A stretch of 64,000 nucleotides of DNA from Octopus vulgaris. Lineage: Eukaryota. Both the position numbers and the translations under genes were made by a program. Positions 24,321-37,391 of this stretch are shown piece by piece; position 1 is the stretch's first letter, and every line of letters starts with the position of its first letter. The notes below the pieces were generated by a model, which saw nothing but the letters and a program-made list of their open reading frames with translations, was not told the origin of the DNA and did no database searches. The stretch is taken from positions 53,072,001 through 53,136,000 of the forward strand of contig OX597822.1 of NCBI GenBank assembly GCA_951406725.2, written 5' to 3'.

Positions 24321-24875
24321 TGTCAGGTCACTTTCGAGTGCTACTGGTAACATGTAACCCAGTACAACCTGTTGCATGGCCGGGTCGTCGGCGACTAAAC
24401 CGGCAACCCCACCAAGCTTTCTTGGTGAGGAGGGTGTTTATTGGACACCCTGCGGGATGAAAGACAAAACCCATCAAAGGGCGGAGGAACTCTTGAGAGT
24501 CAACGGCCATCCAATAAATGTCTTAAGGCTGTATCATGCGCGGGGACATAGAAATAATCGGACTGAATACCCAATCGCGCGGTTAAACCATTGGGAGTGA
24601 AGGACTCCTAGCCTTTGTTAGGGCATCCTTCTAGGAGAAGGTAACTCAGATACTGGGATAACTCCGACATAAAATCTGCGGCTCAGTGGTCACCGATGAT
24701 GTTGACTTGTACTTCTTTTCGGATTATGGCTGCTGTTGCTTAGTGAGTGGGATTGACTCAGTGCAGACTTTCCTCACTTAAAAAAAAAATCTTCTTGCAC
24801 AAGTATTGCACGATAACAACATTGATTAAGCTTCGTGCAATGGCCATACTCGATAACGAGGGGGGCAGCCACCAT
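24321..24875 (+). mobile_element. ~550-bp RTE-related element, copy 2
   Basis: Direct repeat of 22344-22899. Confidence 0.8.
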
Positions 24876-24910
24876 GTATGTATGTATGTATGTGTGCATG
24901 TATGTATGTA

Positions 24911-24961
<51 letters not shown>

Positions 24962-25382
24962 TCACTCTTTACTCTTTTACTTGTTTCAGTCATTTGACTG
25001 AGGCCATGCTGGAGCACCGCCTTTAGTCGAGCAAATTGACTCCAGGACTTATTCTTTCTAAGCCCAGTACTTATTCTATCGGTCTCTTTTGTTGAACTGC
25101 TAAGTTACGGGGACGTAAACACACCAGCATCGGTTGTCAAGTTGGGTGGGGGGGGGGGGGAACACAAACACAGACACACAAAGATATACACACACATACA
25201 TATATATACATATATACGACGGGCTTCTTTCAGTTTCCGTCTACCAAATCCACTCAGAAGGCTTTGGTCGGCCCGAGGCTATAGGAGAAGACATTATGCC
25301 CAAAATGCAACGCAGTGGGACTGAACCCGGAACCATGCGGTTGGTAAGCAAGCTACTTACCACACAGCCACTCCTGCGCCTA
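24962..25382 (-). mobile_element. SINE family A
   Basis: Full-length reverse-complement match. Confidence 0.9.
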
Positions 25383-25387
25383 TATAT

Positions 25388-25426
<39 letters not shown>

Positions 25427-25433
<7 letters not shown>

Positions 25434-25533
25434 ACCGACCAGATCATCAGATTTTGTTACACATCGCTAGTCACAATGCGTTCGCATTGTTTTAGCCTTC
25501 GAATGACGCCACCCCGCTGGCTAAGCGAGCAGG

Positions 25534-25537
<4 letters not shown>
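25427..25537 (-). mobile_element. SINE family B tail type 2 fragment
   Basis: Matches the 3' part of 49415-49714. Confidence 0.75.
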
Positions 25538-25591
<54 letters not shown>

Positions 25592-26654
25592 AGGTCTTTA
25601 ATTTTATTTTGTGTCTCTATTATTAACCTCAATTTAGTGAGATAGTCTTCGTTCTCAGGAGTCATCGCTGCTGCAGATCAAGAGCAAGCCTTGTAGCCTA
25701 CATTGGAGCCTGCCAGAGATGATTACTGAACAAGAATAGACATCATATATTATTGCGACTGACAAGCAAATAACATTTTAATATTCAATATTTTATATGT
25801 TCTATCTATCCACATTGACAAACACATCGGTGGCTGAACGGAAGAGAGAAGGCTTATATTAGATATGATAATAAACTTATCATAGATAGAAAGATAAATA
25901 TTTCAATGAAAGTGAACTAACTTAGCAAAATAGTAGTGGATATTATTATTATTTGTTTAAATTTGTAATTTGAACTTTGTATCGACAGCAAGAGAAGTAG
26001 ATATAAACAAACTTCTGAACGGAAATAATCTTGGTTGGCAAGCAACTTGGAATGGGATTTTTTACTGAAAAGTATAATGACGGTGGTGAATGATGCTGGT
26101 GGTGATGATGGTGTTGGTAGATATGGCGGTGGTGAGTGAAAAATGATTTTTTTTTTCTTTAATTGAACTAGTGTTTTATATCACGTATCATACGCCATAA
26201 TTTATCGCCTGCTCGATTGAAAATTCATATTTTTTTTATGAAATATGGATGACAGACGATGTTAGCTTACAAGAGAAAGAATGAGACGTTATAGGCCACG
26301 ACATAAAGAGAAGCAGCAGAGAGGCGAAACACTAGAACAAGCACGGGTGCATCGGCATACACAAGGGAAAATATGAATCAAAGAGTATAGAGTGGATATT
26401 TACGACAGATAAGGAAACATGTTCAAAATAGAATATAAAATGAAAATGAGAACGTCCCACCCCACAAAAAAACGGTAAACTTATGGCTGAAAGTTACGAC
26501 AATGGTGACATAAATATTCTTTATAATTATTGTGAAGCTCTAAGATTTAAACATCTGATAGAAAGAGTAAGTCATGCCCCTTCGATTATCCAGGAGAAAT
26601 GAAACGTGTTTTTAAATGGAAATAATGCAGAATATATCTATAATAATAAATGTA

Positions 26655-27079
26655 TCTATAATAATAAAAGCAAAATTCTCTCTGTCCGTCTGGACCCCTG
26701 TATCTGAATCTACATTTGCTCTACATAGACGTATTATACTGGGGTTAAAAATCTGATCCTGGGATTAAAAATCTGCCTTTCATATGGTTCTTGAACATCC
26801 AGCATCAGGATATGATTTAAAAGCATTTGAGTTGATATTTCTAGCGGATAAACCTTGGCTGATTCACGTCATTTTGGTTGGTGTTCGTCAGATGATGTCA
26901 GAGATCAAAGGGGAGATAAACGACATCGCTTCGGCAATTTTACGCCGAGGAAAGAACTTTGGCGCAAATTGACCAACAGTTGGAATTCAACTTGGGATTG
27001 TAACAATAGAATGATTACATTAGAGAATTAATTCTCATCGGTCCTTAACCTCTGATCAAGCAACACCGGGGCATATAGT
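26655..27079 (+). mobile_element. Non-autonomous Helitron, decayed
   Basis: TCTATAATAATAAAAG..TCTGTCCGTCTG start; AAGCAACACCGGG..ATAG|T end resembles the 11208 terminus. Confidence 0.6.
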
Positions 27080-29149
27080 CATTCTAGACGTATTATAGTC
27101 ATACTATTTGATGTTAAATTAAGTTTTGTTTTCTCATCTTTACCACCACCATCAGGTACCCCATCAGATTTGTCAGAAGATCTTTCCTGGCTAATAACGT
27201 CTTTAACATAGCTATCTATGGCCACATTTCCTTGGAAGTAACTAGCTTTATACACCCTAAAAGGTTCCGGGGAGGGTAAGAATCTCCAAAAATGCAACTT
27301 TTAAATTACAAAAATGTACTTCATTTGCTTGAAGTACAAGAGTACTAAAGAAAATTTTTTAAATTCAAATTTCTCAACAAGAGAATCGGAGTGGGGATAT
27401 ACACCGAAATTCACAGTTAGGGGTGACATTTGTGAAAAGATATAAAGTTTTGAAAAAAAAAAGAAGGTAAATGCGAAGAATAACGACCTATTTTCGTGAA
27501 AGCGGTGGCTGCGAACACAGCAGATCCATAATTAATGTAAACTCTTATACACCATTAAATAATTAATATAATTTTTTTTTTAATTTTGATTAATCAAATA
27601 CTTCTAAGTTATAGAAATGTCATTTTCTCACAAAGCATATTTTGAAAATGGAAGTATTACTGACCTTTACAACATTATTGCATCTTAAAAGTTAATGGGT
27701 TTTTAATGTTGTTTCAAATTAATTATAAGTTGCTGTGGCTTTTTTTAAAGATTCTAATCGTAATTTATGCGCTTTTAAATTTACAATGTCATTTTTATGC
27801 TTTGTTTTCATTTCCGCATTTCAAGTAATCTGATATATTTTTGCACTTTATACTTGATCTATTAATGTAAGCCGATATCTATTTAATGCAATCCCTTTTC
27901 TTCGAAATATACGCAGTAATTTTCTACATTTAGGTGAATTTTTCTAGAAAGATTAAATTGATAACGCATTTAGAAAAAGTAAGCAAAAATATAATTTGAT
28001 AGGTTTCAGAAGAGGAATTTATAAATGGAGATATATTTTATTTCTGTTTAATAATTAAAAAAATTCAAATGAATATCATTACGTATCGAGTCGCCATTTT
28101 AATGTAAAATAATCGAAGGGATTTGCATTGATATAAAATTACTTTAATTGACTGTAAATGACGGTAGTAACATTATTGTTACTACAACTATTGTTATTGA
28201 TCTCAGAATAAAACTTCGGTGTGGTTACTCGTTCTGCTAGAAAGCACAGCCAGATCACCTTAACCCTTTTCTTTCAACTAGTTTTAATAAAAATGAAGAA
28301 ATTAGTGAAATAGCTAATTATGTCATTCATAACCAGGAATTTGGAATATTAATTAGCATGAAGTTTTGATGGAAGTTTAAAGTCTACATGAAGATTGTTC
28401 CATAAATTCATTAGGGTGGAGTGGTCTCAATCCGTTTAGTATTATGAGGTTTAAACATCACAGCTACATACTCCCAGGATAACAATACAAATATGAACAA
28501 TAATATATATATATATAAATAATTGAGTAGTTGAATGAATTATCTTATTATGGATAATTCGGTTAACCGATACCTGGGCAGCAAATTCGCGTCAGAAAAA
28601 CACGGTTGAAGCTACATAATGCACCCCTTATTCCTTCGAAATTAGAAATATGCAGCCTTCGAAACATATGTCGAAAATAAAATAAAGGAATTTTGTTAAT
28701 TCGTCGTTCAACTCCATTCTTTCATTTATATATATATATATATATATGCTTTCGGTGCGAATGTTTTTTTGTTTGTTTTTTTCTTTTATTCGACGCAGTC
28801 TTTTAAAATCCTGCAAATAATGATAATGGTATTTTTGTATAAGCTTAAAGCGAATGGTGCGAATTTCCAACCCGAAATTTTTCAGCTAAAGTTCAAGATA
28901 AATATTATCTTTTAAGTACTCAAATTGTAGACATATAGATTAGGAAATAAACAACTATACAATAATATATTAGTAGGGTACGTGGTCGCCTTTTCAAAGT
29001 GGTGACTGTTGTGTAATAGATTTTACAATGGTAATTTTCTGAAATGAGAGGGAGCATTCTCTTTTGCCCTGCAGATAACCTTAGGTTGAAATGCATATTC
29101 TTACTGTCAGTTATGTATGTTTATTCTCTACACCATATGATTCTATGGA

Positions 29150-29790
29150 TTGTTTCAAAGTTCTTAGAAAACATAACTTGGGATTCGATATCATACCTTG
29201 GTCCGTTGGCTTGAGTAAATAAATCCTGTTCTTGAACTTATATTTCACTCACACGGCGTTATTAAGTTCACTAAGTGGCTTGGTGCATTTTCTAAAAGAC
29301 ATAATGTTTTGTTGGAAATCCTCTACCGTTTCTCAGGATATCACTAGTCGCAACTCACCGGTAATTTCATGTTCCTCTTAAAGTTTTCAAACCAGCTTTC
29401 TATCGCCAGAGAAGTTTACATTATCTTCCTCTTTCTTCAAATGACCGTACATACTTCTGACATTTGCATGAATAACCATTATATTCAGTCCGATGATAGA
29501 TCCATAGACTCCATAGCCATTCTATGTTAAATTTCTCTTCAAATTTGCAAGAAAACAAATTTATAAGAAAATCCGGAAGTCAAGAGAGTAGTATGTTGAA
29601 CATTATACTTAATTTTGTCTTTATTTTCTCGCGTTTTGTAGATGCTGCAAGTTTTATATTTTACCAATTTGGTTGAATATTGACTTCCACATCAAACCTT
29701 GGTAAAACATAAATCTTAACGCCCAGCCGAATCCTTTTAAACCTTCTTTTTGCACAACTGCTTTCATTTCTACTTTCTGGCATTTTTCTA
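29150..29790 (-). mobile_element. Tigger/pogo transposase remnant
   Basis: MPES..KRRFKRIRL, SWFENFKR, LENAPSH and QPTDQGMI motifs in order. Confidence 0.65.
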
Positions 29791-30714
29791 GTCACTGTGA
29801 TTAAGAGCAATACAGTACACTGTATAAGTCAACGGCTAAATCTTGTAACATCTGCGATAGGCAAGAAATTCATACCAAATACTAAGGCAGAAGAATCCAA
29901 GGAAAGTAATGATGTTCTTTACGCGCAATTACTAGAAGTCATATTAGTTCGGGTAAAAGAAGGGGAATAAGAAAATGTAATTGTCAGGGAATCCAGTTAA
30001 ATTAAAATTAGTGACAAGACGAAGTACAGGCGTAGCTGTGTGGTGAGATACTTTGGGCAAATATCTTCTCCTGTAGCCTAGGGCCGACCAAAGTCTTATG
30101 AGTGGATTTAGCGTATCTTTGTGTCTGTGTTTGTTCACCACCATCACTTGACAACCGATGGTTATATGTTTACGTCTCTGTAACTTAGTCTCACAAAATT
30201 GAATGAAAACGTACGGTGAATAGCGGAGAAAAATAACGATACTAGACACATGAAAGTGTCACACAAATTATATATCATGTCTAAAATATATAAATATATA
30301 CCTATCAAGATTTTTGGTTTTAAAAATGTTAAAATGTATCAAAACTTCGATAAAACTGAGATATCTCGTCGTATCTCGTATTTAATTTCATGATCACTTT
30401 TTACATATTCTGCTAATGCAGTTAGGAGGATCCTTAGACCAGTGTCTCCTTCTTTGTATATGTGTGTGTGTGTGTGTGTCACTGTATGTGTGCGTGTGAG
30501 TGCGCGCGCGCATATATACATATATAATCCTTCAATCCCGCTGCCCCTACCCCTCTCTCCTCCTTCCACGTGACCGGTATCCGACCAGCTATGATCTTTC
30601 TTTCTTGGCCTGACAGCCGACCGCCAACACATCTTATGTCCATCTCCTAAGTTCCTGCCTTTAGGCTTTCATTTAATACACGCCAGCTCAATTTGATTCG
30701 TTCTCAGTCGAAAG

Positions 30715-31050
30715 ATGCCTTTTGTTATTTTCTTGTTGTTTGTATTTGTAATTGTGTACCATGTTCTCCGTTTTTTTGTCTTTGTTGCCGTACACATTCG
30801 CTAGCTTTCTTAAAAAAATAATCTAGTGTTCTTCGCTTAGACTTTTTGAGGGGCAACCAGATCAAACTATCTCAAGTGTAACTGCCCGAAACAGTAAGGA
30901 CTTCTGGTAACTTGACTGAGGAAAGAAGGCCACAAATGACCCGTCTTTTTTTTGCCTGTCCTAATTATTGTTTCTCCTGTCCGCCTTTGGAGCGTTTATC
31001 TGTCCGAATGTTTTATTGTCCGCTTTTGCATTTTTGTTCCATTTTTTTAA
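30715..31050 (+). mobile_element. Repeat family Z-a with scrambled hammerhead motif at 30856-30930
   Basis: ACCAGA UCAA ACUAU C UCAAGU..GAA ACAGU..UCUGGU A ACUUGA CUGAGGA. Confidence 0.6.
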
Positions 31051-31384
31051 TATTTGTATATACATATAACGGCGTACGTACACACTTGTACTCACCTTAT
31101 AGTAGGCCTGTGTCTAAATTTTCTACGACTCTGACTCTATTGTTTAGTCCCCCTCATACTTTCTCCGTCTTTTCTTTTTCTCGCCCCACCCTCTCTCACA
31201 TTTCTTGGCCCTCTCTCTAACTCCCACTTTCCCCACCTCGCTTATATCCCCTGTACATTGCCCTTTCTCTCTGATTTTTTTCTACTGTCCCTCTCGCGTC
31301 TGACCACTGTCCGAAGTCAGGACGCCATGATAGATCGTTAGCTCCTACACCCATTTTTTTCTCTCCTTGTTTTTTTCTGTATAT

Positions 31385-31420
31385 CTTTCTGTCGAAGAGC
31401 TTAGACTCGAAACCTAAAAG
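31385..31420 (+). ncRNA. Variant or decayed minimal hammerhead
   Basis: CUUU CUGUCGA AGAGC UUAG ACUC GAAAC CUA AAAG. Confidence 0.45.
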
Positions 31421-31510
31421 ACTGTTTTTTTTTCCCGAGCGCTATACTAATACATTTGTCTGTTTGTACTCCACCTGCCTTCGTCTTTTGTTTATTTTCG
31501 TAAACTTTCC

Positions 31511-31569
<59 letters not shown>

Positions 31570-31652
31570 GGTCCCGGGTTGATTCGGGGTTAACCACAGT
31601 AAGTAAGGTACTCAATACATAGCAGAGTAAAATTAATTTATTATATAGAAGG

Positions 31653-31703
31653 AGCTTCTACAGGACTAGTACTGTTTCATTCAAGAGAAATCTTCAGGAA
31701 GCT
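31653..31703 (-). ncRNA. Type I hammerhead ribozyme
   Basis: Reverse complement of 33814-33864. Confidence 0.75.
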
Positions 31704-31941
31704 ATTTAACAAGAATTGTATTAGCATTTATACATTTAGGCAGGTTTAAAGGAGTGGTGGTGGGGGACTTTTGGGGGTAGGCATAGCGCAGAATATCATA
31801 CTTGGGGGAGTGGTCAAGGAGTCAGTGGTAAGTTAGATGAAAGAATAGATAAATAAAAAAATAAAAAAATAAAAAAATAAAAAATATATATAAAAAATGT
31901 GTATGTGTGTATGTATGTGTATGTGTATGTATGTGTATGTA

Positions 31942-32003
<62 letters not shown>

Positions 32004-32487
32004 TGAGTGCGGGTGTGTATGTATGCATATATGTATGTATGCATGTATATGTGTATGTATATATATGTGTGTAAGTGTGTGCATATATGTATATGTAAGT
32101 ATGTGTGCGCGTATGAGTATGTATGTATATATATGTGTGTGTGTGTATATATATGGATGCGCGTGCGTGTGTGCACGTGTATGGGTACGCATGTATATGT
32201 GTATGTGCGTGTATGTGTATACGTGTATGTATGTATGTGTGTGCGTAGATTTGTATATGTATGTGTGAGTGTGTATATATATATATATATATATATACAT
32301 ATATATAGATGGGTGTGTGTATGCGTATAAATGCATGTAAGTATGGATGTATGGATGTATGTATGTATGTATACGTATGTATGTGTGTATGTGTGTATGT
32401 ATATATATATGTGTGTATATATGTTTGTGTATGTATATATACGTGTATGTATGTGTGTGTATATGTATGTGTGTATGTGTATGTATG

Positions 32488-32545
<58 letters not shown>

Positions 32546-33249
32546 TATGTATCTGTATGTAGGAGTATATATGTGTGTGTGTGTATGTATATGTGTGTAT
32601 ATATATATATATATGTATATTTATTGGTGTATATGTATAGACTAGCCTCCTAAAGTGTAGACACGAATCTGTAGGTACGAGTACGTATGTGTATATACGT
32701 GAACGTATGTAGATGTTTGTATGTATGAATATAACGCGTGCGTACGTGTATGTGTATGAGTGTACGAATGGGTGAATGTACGTGCTAATGAGTGTGCGTG
32801 CGGGAATGAGTACTTGCCTTCTAGTAGACAGACAAATGGACATGCAGCCATTGCCAGGATTCTTAGTTCTAGCGATCAAAGATAACAAAAGTAATAAATG
32901 AAGATAATAAAATTAAAATTAGGGAATGGGCCTGTATTGGATTGTATATATATATATATGTATATATATATCTGTATGTATGTATGTGTGTATGTGTAGG
33001 TATGTATAGGTACACATGTGTATGTGTATGTGTATGTATATATGTGTGTATGTATGTATGTGCACACATGTATATATATGTATGCGTGTATATGTTTATA
33101 CATATATATATGTACATAGGTGTATGTGGGTGTATGTATATATAGGTGTAAATATGTGTATATAGGGAACTAGGTGTGTTGTGTGTGCATGAGTGTATGT
33201 GCGTATGAATATATATTTTTATGTGTATATATGTATGTGTGGTCGTGGG

Positions 33250-33280
<31 letters not shown>

Positions 33281-33439
33281 GTGTGTATGCGTGTATGCAT
33301 GGGAGTGAGTGTATGCATATATACGTGTGTGTATGTGTAGACAGGTATAGGCATGTGCATGTGTATAAATTTGTATATATGGGCGGGTGTATGTATGTGT
33401 GTATGTAGATATGTATGTATGTGTGTATATATGTATGTG

Positions 33440-33486
<47 letters not shown>

Positions 33487-33813
33487 ATATATATGTGTAT
33501 GTACATGTGTGTGTGTAGATACGTATACATGTGTGTATAGGTATAAGTGAGAATCTCCTTATTTACCTATAACTCTATCCCCCCTTTTTTTATATATATA
33601 TATATATATATATTTTATATATATATTTTTTATATATATTTTTTTATTTTTTTATTTTTTTATTTATCTATTCTTTCATCTAACTTACCACTGACTCCTT
33701 GACCACTCCCCCAAGTATGATATTCTGCGCTATGCCTACCCCCAAAAAGTCCCCCACCACCACTCCTTTAAACCTGCCTAAATGTATAAATGCTAATACA
33801 ATTCTTGTTAAAT

Positions 33814-33864
33814 AGCTTCCTGAAGATTTCTCTTGAATGAAACAGTACTAGTCCTGTAGAAGCT
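33814..33864 (+). ncRNA. Type I hammerhead ribozyme
   Basis: AGCUUC CUGAAGA U UUC UCUU GAA U GAA ACAG UACUAGUC CUGU A GAAGCU: stems I, II, III and a GUA site. Confidence 0.75.
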
Positions 33865-33875
33865 CCTTCTATATA

Positions 33876-33930
<55 letters not shown>

Positions 33931-33933
<3 letters not shown>

Positions 33934-34225
33934 TTATATGGAATCGCTGAGCGAGATATAAACAGTAGCAATACGGAATCGTAACATATAATTGCCAACC
34001 AAGTGTGGCGTCCAAACAGGAGATGGGTAGCTACTCAGAAACACGAGTCAGTGTGTATCACGTCTAGGCTAAAGATGGGAGCGATGACCTCCCCTCGCAA
34101 ACATTAGTCGGACACAAAATGTGTATCGTTAGCCAGCTGGAAGGGATGTCTTCCTGGGGCTATAAACGTCAGTAGCAGTCTCCTGTATAGGACGCCACAC
34201 TTGGTTGGCAATTATATGTTACGAT
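33931..34225. mobile_element. Family Y inverted insertion in microsatellite
   Basis: Arms 33978-34023 and 34179-34225 plus a left extension. Confidence 0.6.
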
Positions 34226-34230
34226 ATACA

Positions 34231-34262
<32 letters not shown>

Positions 34263-35940
34263 CACTACCGTCAGAAATTAATTAGCACCCTTGATTTGCT
34301 CTTCACTCAAGGTATTTGCTGTCACCTAGTGGCCATATCTCGAACTATTGCTTTGTTGTGAGTTCACTGTTGTGCAGAACGATGGCGTAACTTTGTTTGC
34401 AGAGCAGTTTGAGAGTCTACAGCCTAATGATGTGAACATAGCAGTGCAACAACAACTTGGAGTGCGGATGCAGACAAATCTTCCTTTGTTTAATAGATAT
34501 AGGTAGCGCCTCGCAAGGACCGAAATCACACCGTACTAAGTTTTCTCATCGCGTAAGACGTTTTGAACAGCTCGTAGGTTAATTGATTTGTGTATTTGCA
34601 AGATTTTTTTCCTCACAAATTCTCCTACACTCTGCTTGATGACGTCACTTCCGGTTCACAAAACTTTCTGTTATACATCAAATAAGGTGAGAAATTCTGC
34701 TTTCTTTCTTTTTTGTTTAATGAATAATAACTCATAGCAGTTTTGTGATAGCATAACATTATTCAAATGAATAGTTTTAATGAAAATAACTGGTTTTTAT
34801 CGTTCATTCCTAGATGGGCCCAAGACCTCGCATGACCTTGGAGAGACGGTACGAGGCTCTCTCGTGGCGTGGGAAGCTGTCGGAGGCTGCAATAGCCAGA
34901 AAACTTGGTGTAGCCAGGCGCACAATTCAGTGCTTATTTAAGAAATACGAGGAAACCAGATCAGCAGCCGACAAAAAGGGTAGGGGACGGAAGAGGCTGA
35001 CGACCCAGCAGGAGGACCGGATGCTGATCCGAAAGTCACTGTACAACCGAAGGGCAACGAGCCGGCAACTGGCGGAGGAGATGCAAAAGATGACAGGGAA
35101 GCAGTTGTCTACAACCACCGTCAAGACCAGATTACTGGAAGCCGCTCCTTACAGCCCAAAACCGGAAGAGGCGGCTGCTCTGGGCCCGTGCCCACAAGAC
35201 ATGGACCGTGCAGCAGTGGCAGACAGTGATGTTCACTGACGAGTCGCGATTCAGTCTCGTCAGTGACAAGCCTGTCCATGTGCGACGCCGCAGGGGTGAG
35301 CGCTTCAACAAAGACTGCATTGCTCCCACCATGAAGCATGGTGGGGGTGGTCTGATGATGTGAGGGGCGTTCAGCTACAGTGGTGTTGGGCGGCTCTATG
35401 CCGTCGAAGGCAACATCAACGCAGCAAAGTACGTTGAGATAGTACGGGATACCTCTTTGGTGGCGAAGAGTACGTGCTCCAGCAGGACAACGCGCCTTCC
35501 CACACAGCCAAGCTCACAACCGGTTTCTTCAAGGACCATGGGGTGACGGTCATGGACTGGCCTGGCCAGTCACCTGACTTGAACCCTATTGAGAACCTCT
35601 GGAGTCGATTGGGTAGGGATTTGAATGTGCAGCAACACAGGAACCGACACGAGCTGTTTGGGGCACTTCTTGCTGCATGGAGGGCCATCCCTGCACAGTA
35701 CCTGCAGGCACTCATAGACAGCATGCCGACCTGCGTAGCAGCTGTCATTGCTGCCAAAGGAGGAGCAACAAGATATTGACTAAATTTCACGATTAATAAC
35801 AATTATGTGGTGTGCTGGGATATGTTTTAATAAATTTTTGATTAAAAACGAGTTCGTTTCTGATAATAACTTAATTAAATTAAGAAAATGTAAGAAAATG
35901 TAGAAATTTGAGAAGTGCTAATTAATTTCCGACGCAAGTG
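34263..35940 (+). mobile_element. Tc1 DNA transposon (DD34E), TIR-bounded
   Basis: 26-bp TIRs CACTACCGTCAGAAATTAATTAGCAC / GTGCTAATTAATTTCCGACGCAAGTG (3 mismatches), TA on both sides. Confidence 0.93.
34814..35779 (+). pseudogene. Tc1 transposase, disrupted
   Basis: HTH..GRGRKR, FTDESRF, QQDNAPSH-34aa-E (SPDLNPIE); frameshifts near 35140 and 35448, TGA at 35361. Confidence 0.92.
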
Positions 35941-35946
35941 TATATC

Positions 35947-36021
<75 letters not shown>

Positions 36022-36091
36022 ATGTGTGTGTGTGGCCCTATCTGAAGTTATACACTTCATCGCATCGAAGCTTAATTTTCTTTTAGATATG

Positions 36092-36094
36092 AAT

Positions 36095-36131
<37 letters not shown>

Positions 36132-36183
36132 GCAACAACAGCAACAACAACAACAATAATAATAATAATAATAATAATAATAA
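36092..36183. repeat. (CAA)n-(TAA)n microsatellite
   Basis: Direct reading. Confidence 0.95.
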
Positions 36184-36554
36184 AGAACTAATTAGCAAAG
36201 AATTAACTGAGTTTCATTAAGACTTTTAATAATTATATTGACACAGATGTGGTAAACTGATTTATCAACAACTAGGTTGTGCCTGAAACAAGCGATTTTC
36301 TAAGGGAGATAATTGCTGTCATACCCAACATAGAGTTGCGTGCCTTTAAATTTATCTGCTTGCCGGAAGATTTAGCGAAAGACAGCAAATATGAACAGGT
36401 GTTGCAACTATTCTTTGGAAACTTGGTGCAAATGTATCTTCTACATTTCAAATCTTCATTCAAATCTACCAGCACTAAATGTAGTTGAATGTTTGGCGTT
36501 TTCGTTGATAGACGGCACGAGTGAAAGTAGTGCAGGTTATATATATATATATAT

Positions 36555-36940
36555 TGTTTTATTCATTTCTCTGATTTGACTGCAGCCATGCTGGAGCACC
36601 GCTTTTACTCGAACAAATCGACCCTAGGACTTATTCCTGGTAAGCCTAGTACTTATTCCATCGGGCTATTTTGCCGAACTGCTAAGTTACGGGGACGTGA
36701 ACACACCAGCATCGATTGTCAAGAAATGGTGAGGGGACAAACACAGACACACAAACCTATACACATACATATATACGACATGCTTCTTTCAGTTTCCGTC
36801 TACCAAATCCACTCACAAGGCTTTGGTTGGCCCGCGGCCATAGTAGAAGACACTCACCGAAGGCTCCACGCAGTGGGACTGAACCCGGAACCATGTGGTA
36901 GGTAAGCAAGCTACTTACCACGCAGTCGTTCCTGCGCCTT
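36555..36940 (-). mobile_element. SINE family A
   Basis: Reverse-complement match. Confidence 0.88.
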
Positions 36941-37088
36941 CGTTTATGTAACGTTAGAGATATGCAAATAAAGCTCCTATTTCATTATACCGGCTACCGT
37001 TTAATGATTTTCAGGGTTGCATCATTATTGTTATTATTATATTGTTATTACTGTATGTGTTATATATATATATATATAGATAGATATA

Positions 37089-37316
37089 TAAGGATAAGAT
37101 CGTTATTTAACTATCGATCTTATAAAGTGGCCAGCATGGCAATAAAAACCTTCAAAGGTAAGAATTATCATTAAAATCAAAATTATAATTTAGGGTATCT
37201 AAGAGATACCACCACGCTGGAAATAGCAGCCAAAACTTGACTCTAAAACTACATTAATGTGGCTTTAGAGCCAAGTTTTGGCTGCTTTTTCCAGCGTGTT
37301 GGTAGCTCTTATAAAT
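37089..37316. mobile_element. Family X palindromic insertion
   Basis: Imperfect palindrome 37201-37310 centred on ACATTAATGT plus a left extension; (TA)n flanks. Confidence 0.65.
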
Positions 37317-37320
37317 AATA

Positions 37321-37391
<71 letters not shown>

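Larger units (their letters stand above)
31567..33880. mobile_element. Penelope-like element with ~255-bp inverted pseudo-LTRs and microsatellite-rich interior
   Basis: Arms ~31637-31893 and ~33625-33880 nearly identical; 70-bp extension on the left; (TA)n flanks. Confidence 0.75.

Noticed and set aside
22344-24875. 550-bp direct repeats as LTRs
   Set aside because: No TG..CA ends, PBS or PPT; the interior is an unrelated LINE relic
28574-28611. Exon ending TRICCPG
   Set aside because: Weak splice sites and no gene context
29253-29291. Apparent 39-nt exon KCTKPLSELNNAV with good splice sites
   Set aside because: Another frame reads LENAPSH inside a Tigger DDE relic, and it lies upstream of the gene's ATG
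31814-33550. Long ORFs (up to 351 aa) rich in YI/HT/VCM, here and throughout the window
   Set aside because: Translations of TA/TG/TATG microsatellites
36260-36535. FSLIDGTS resembling a hAT transposase
   Set aside because: Single short motif only
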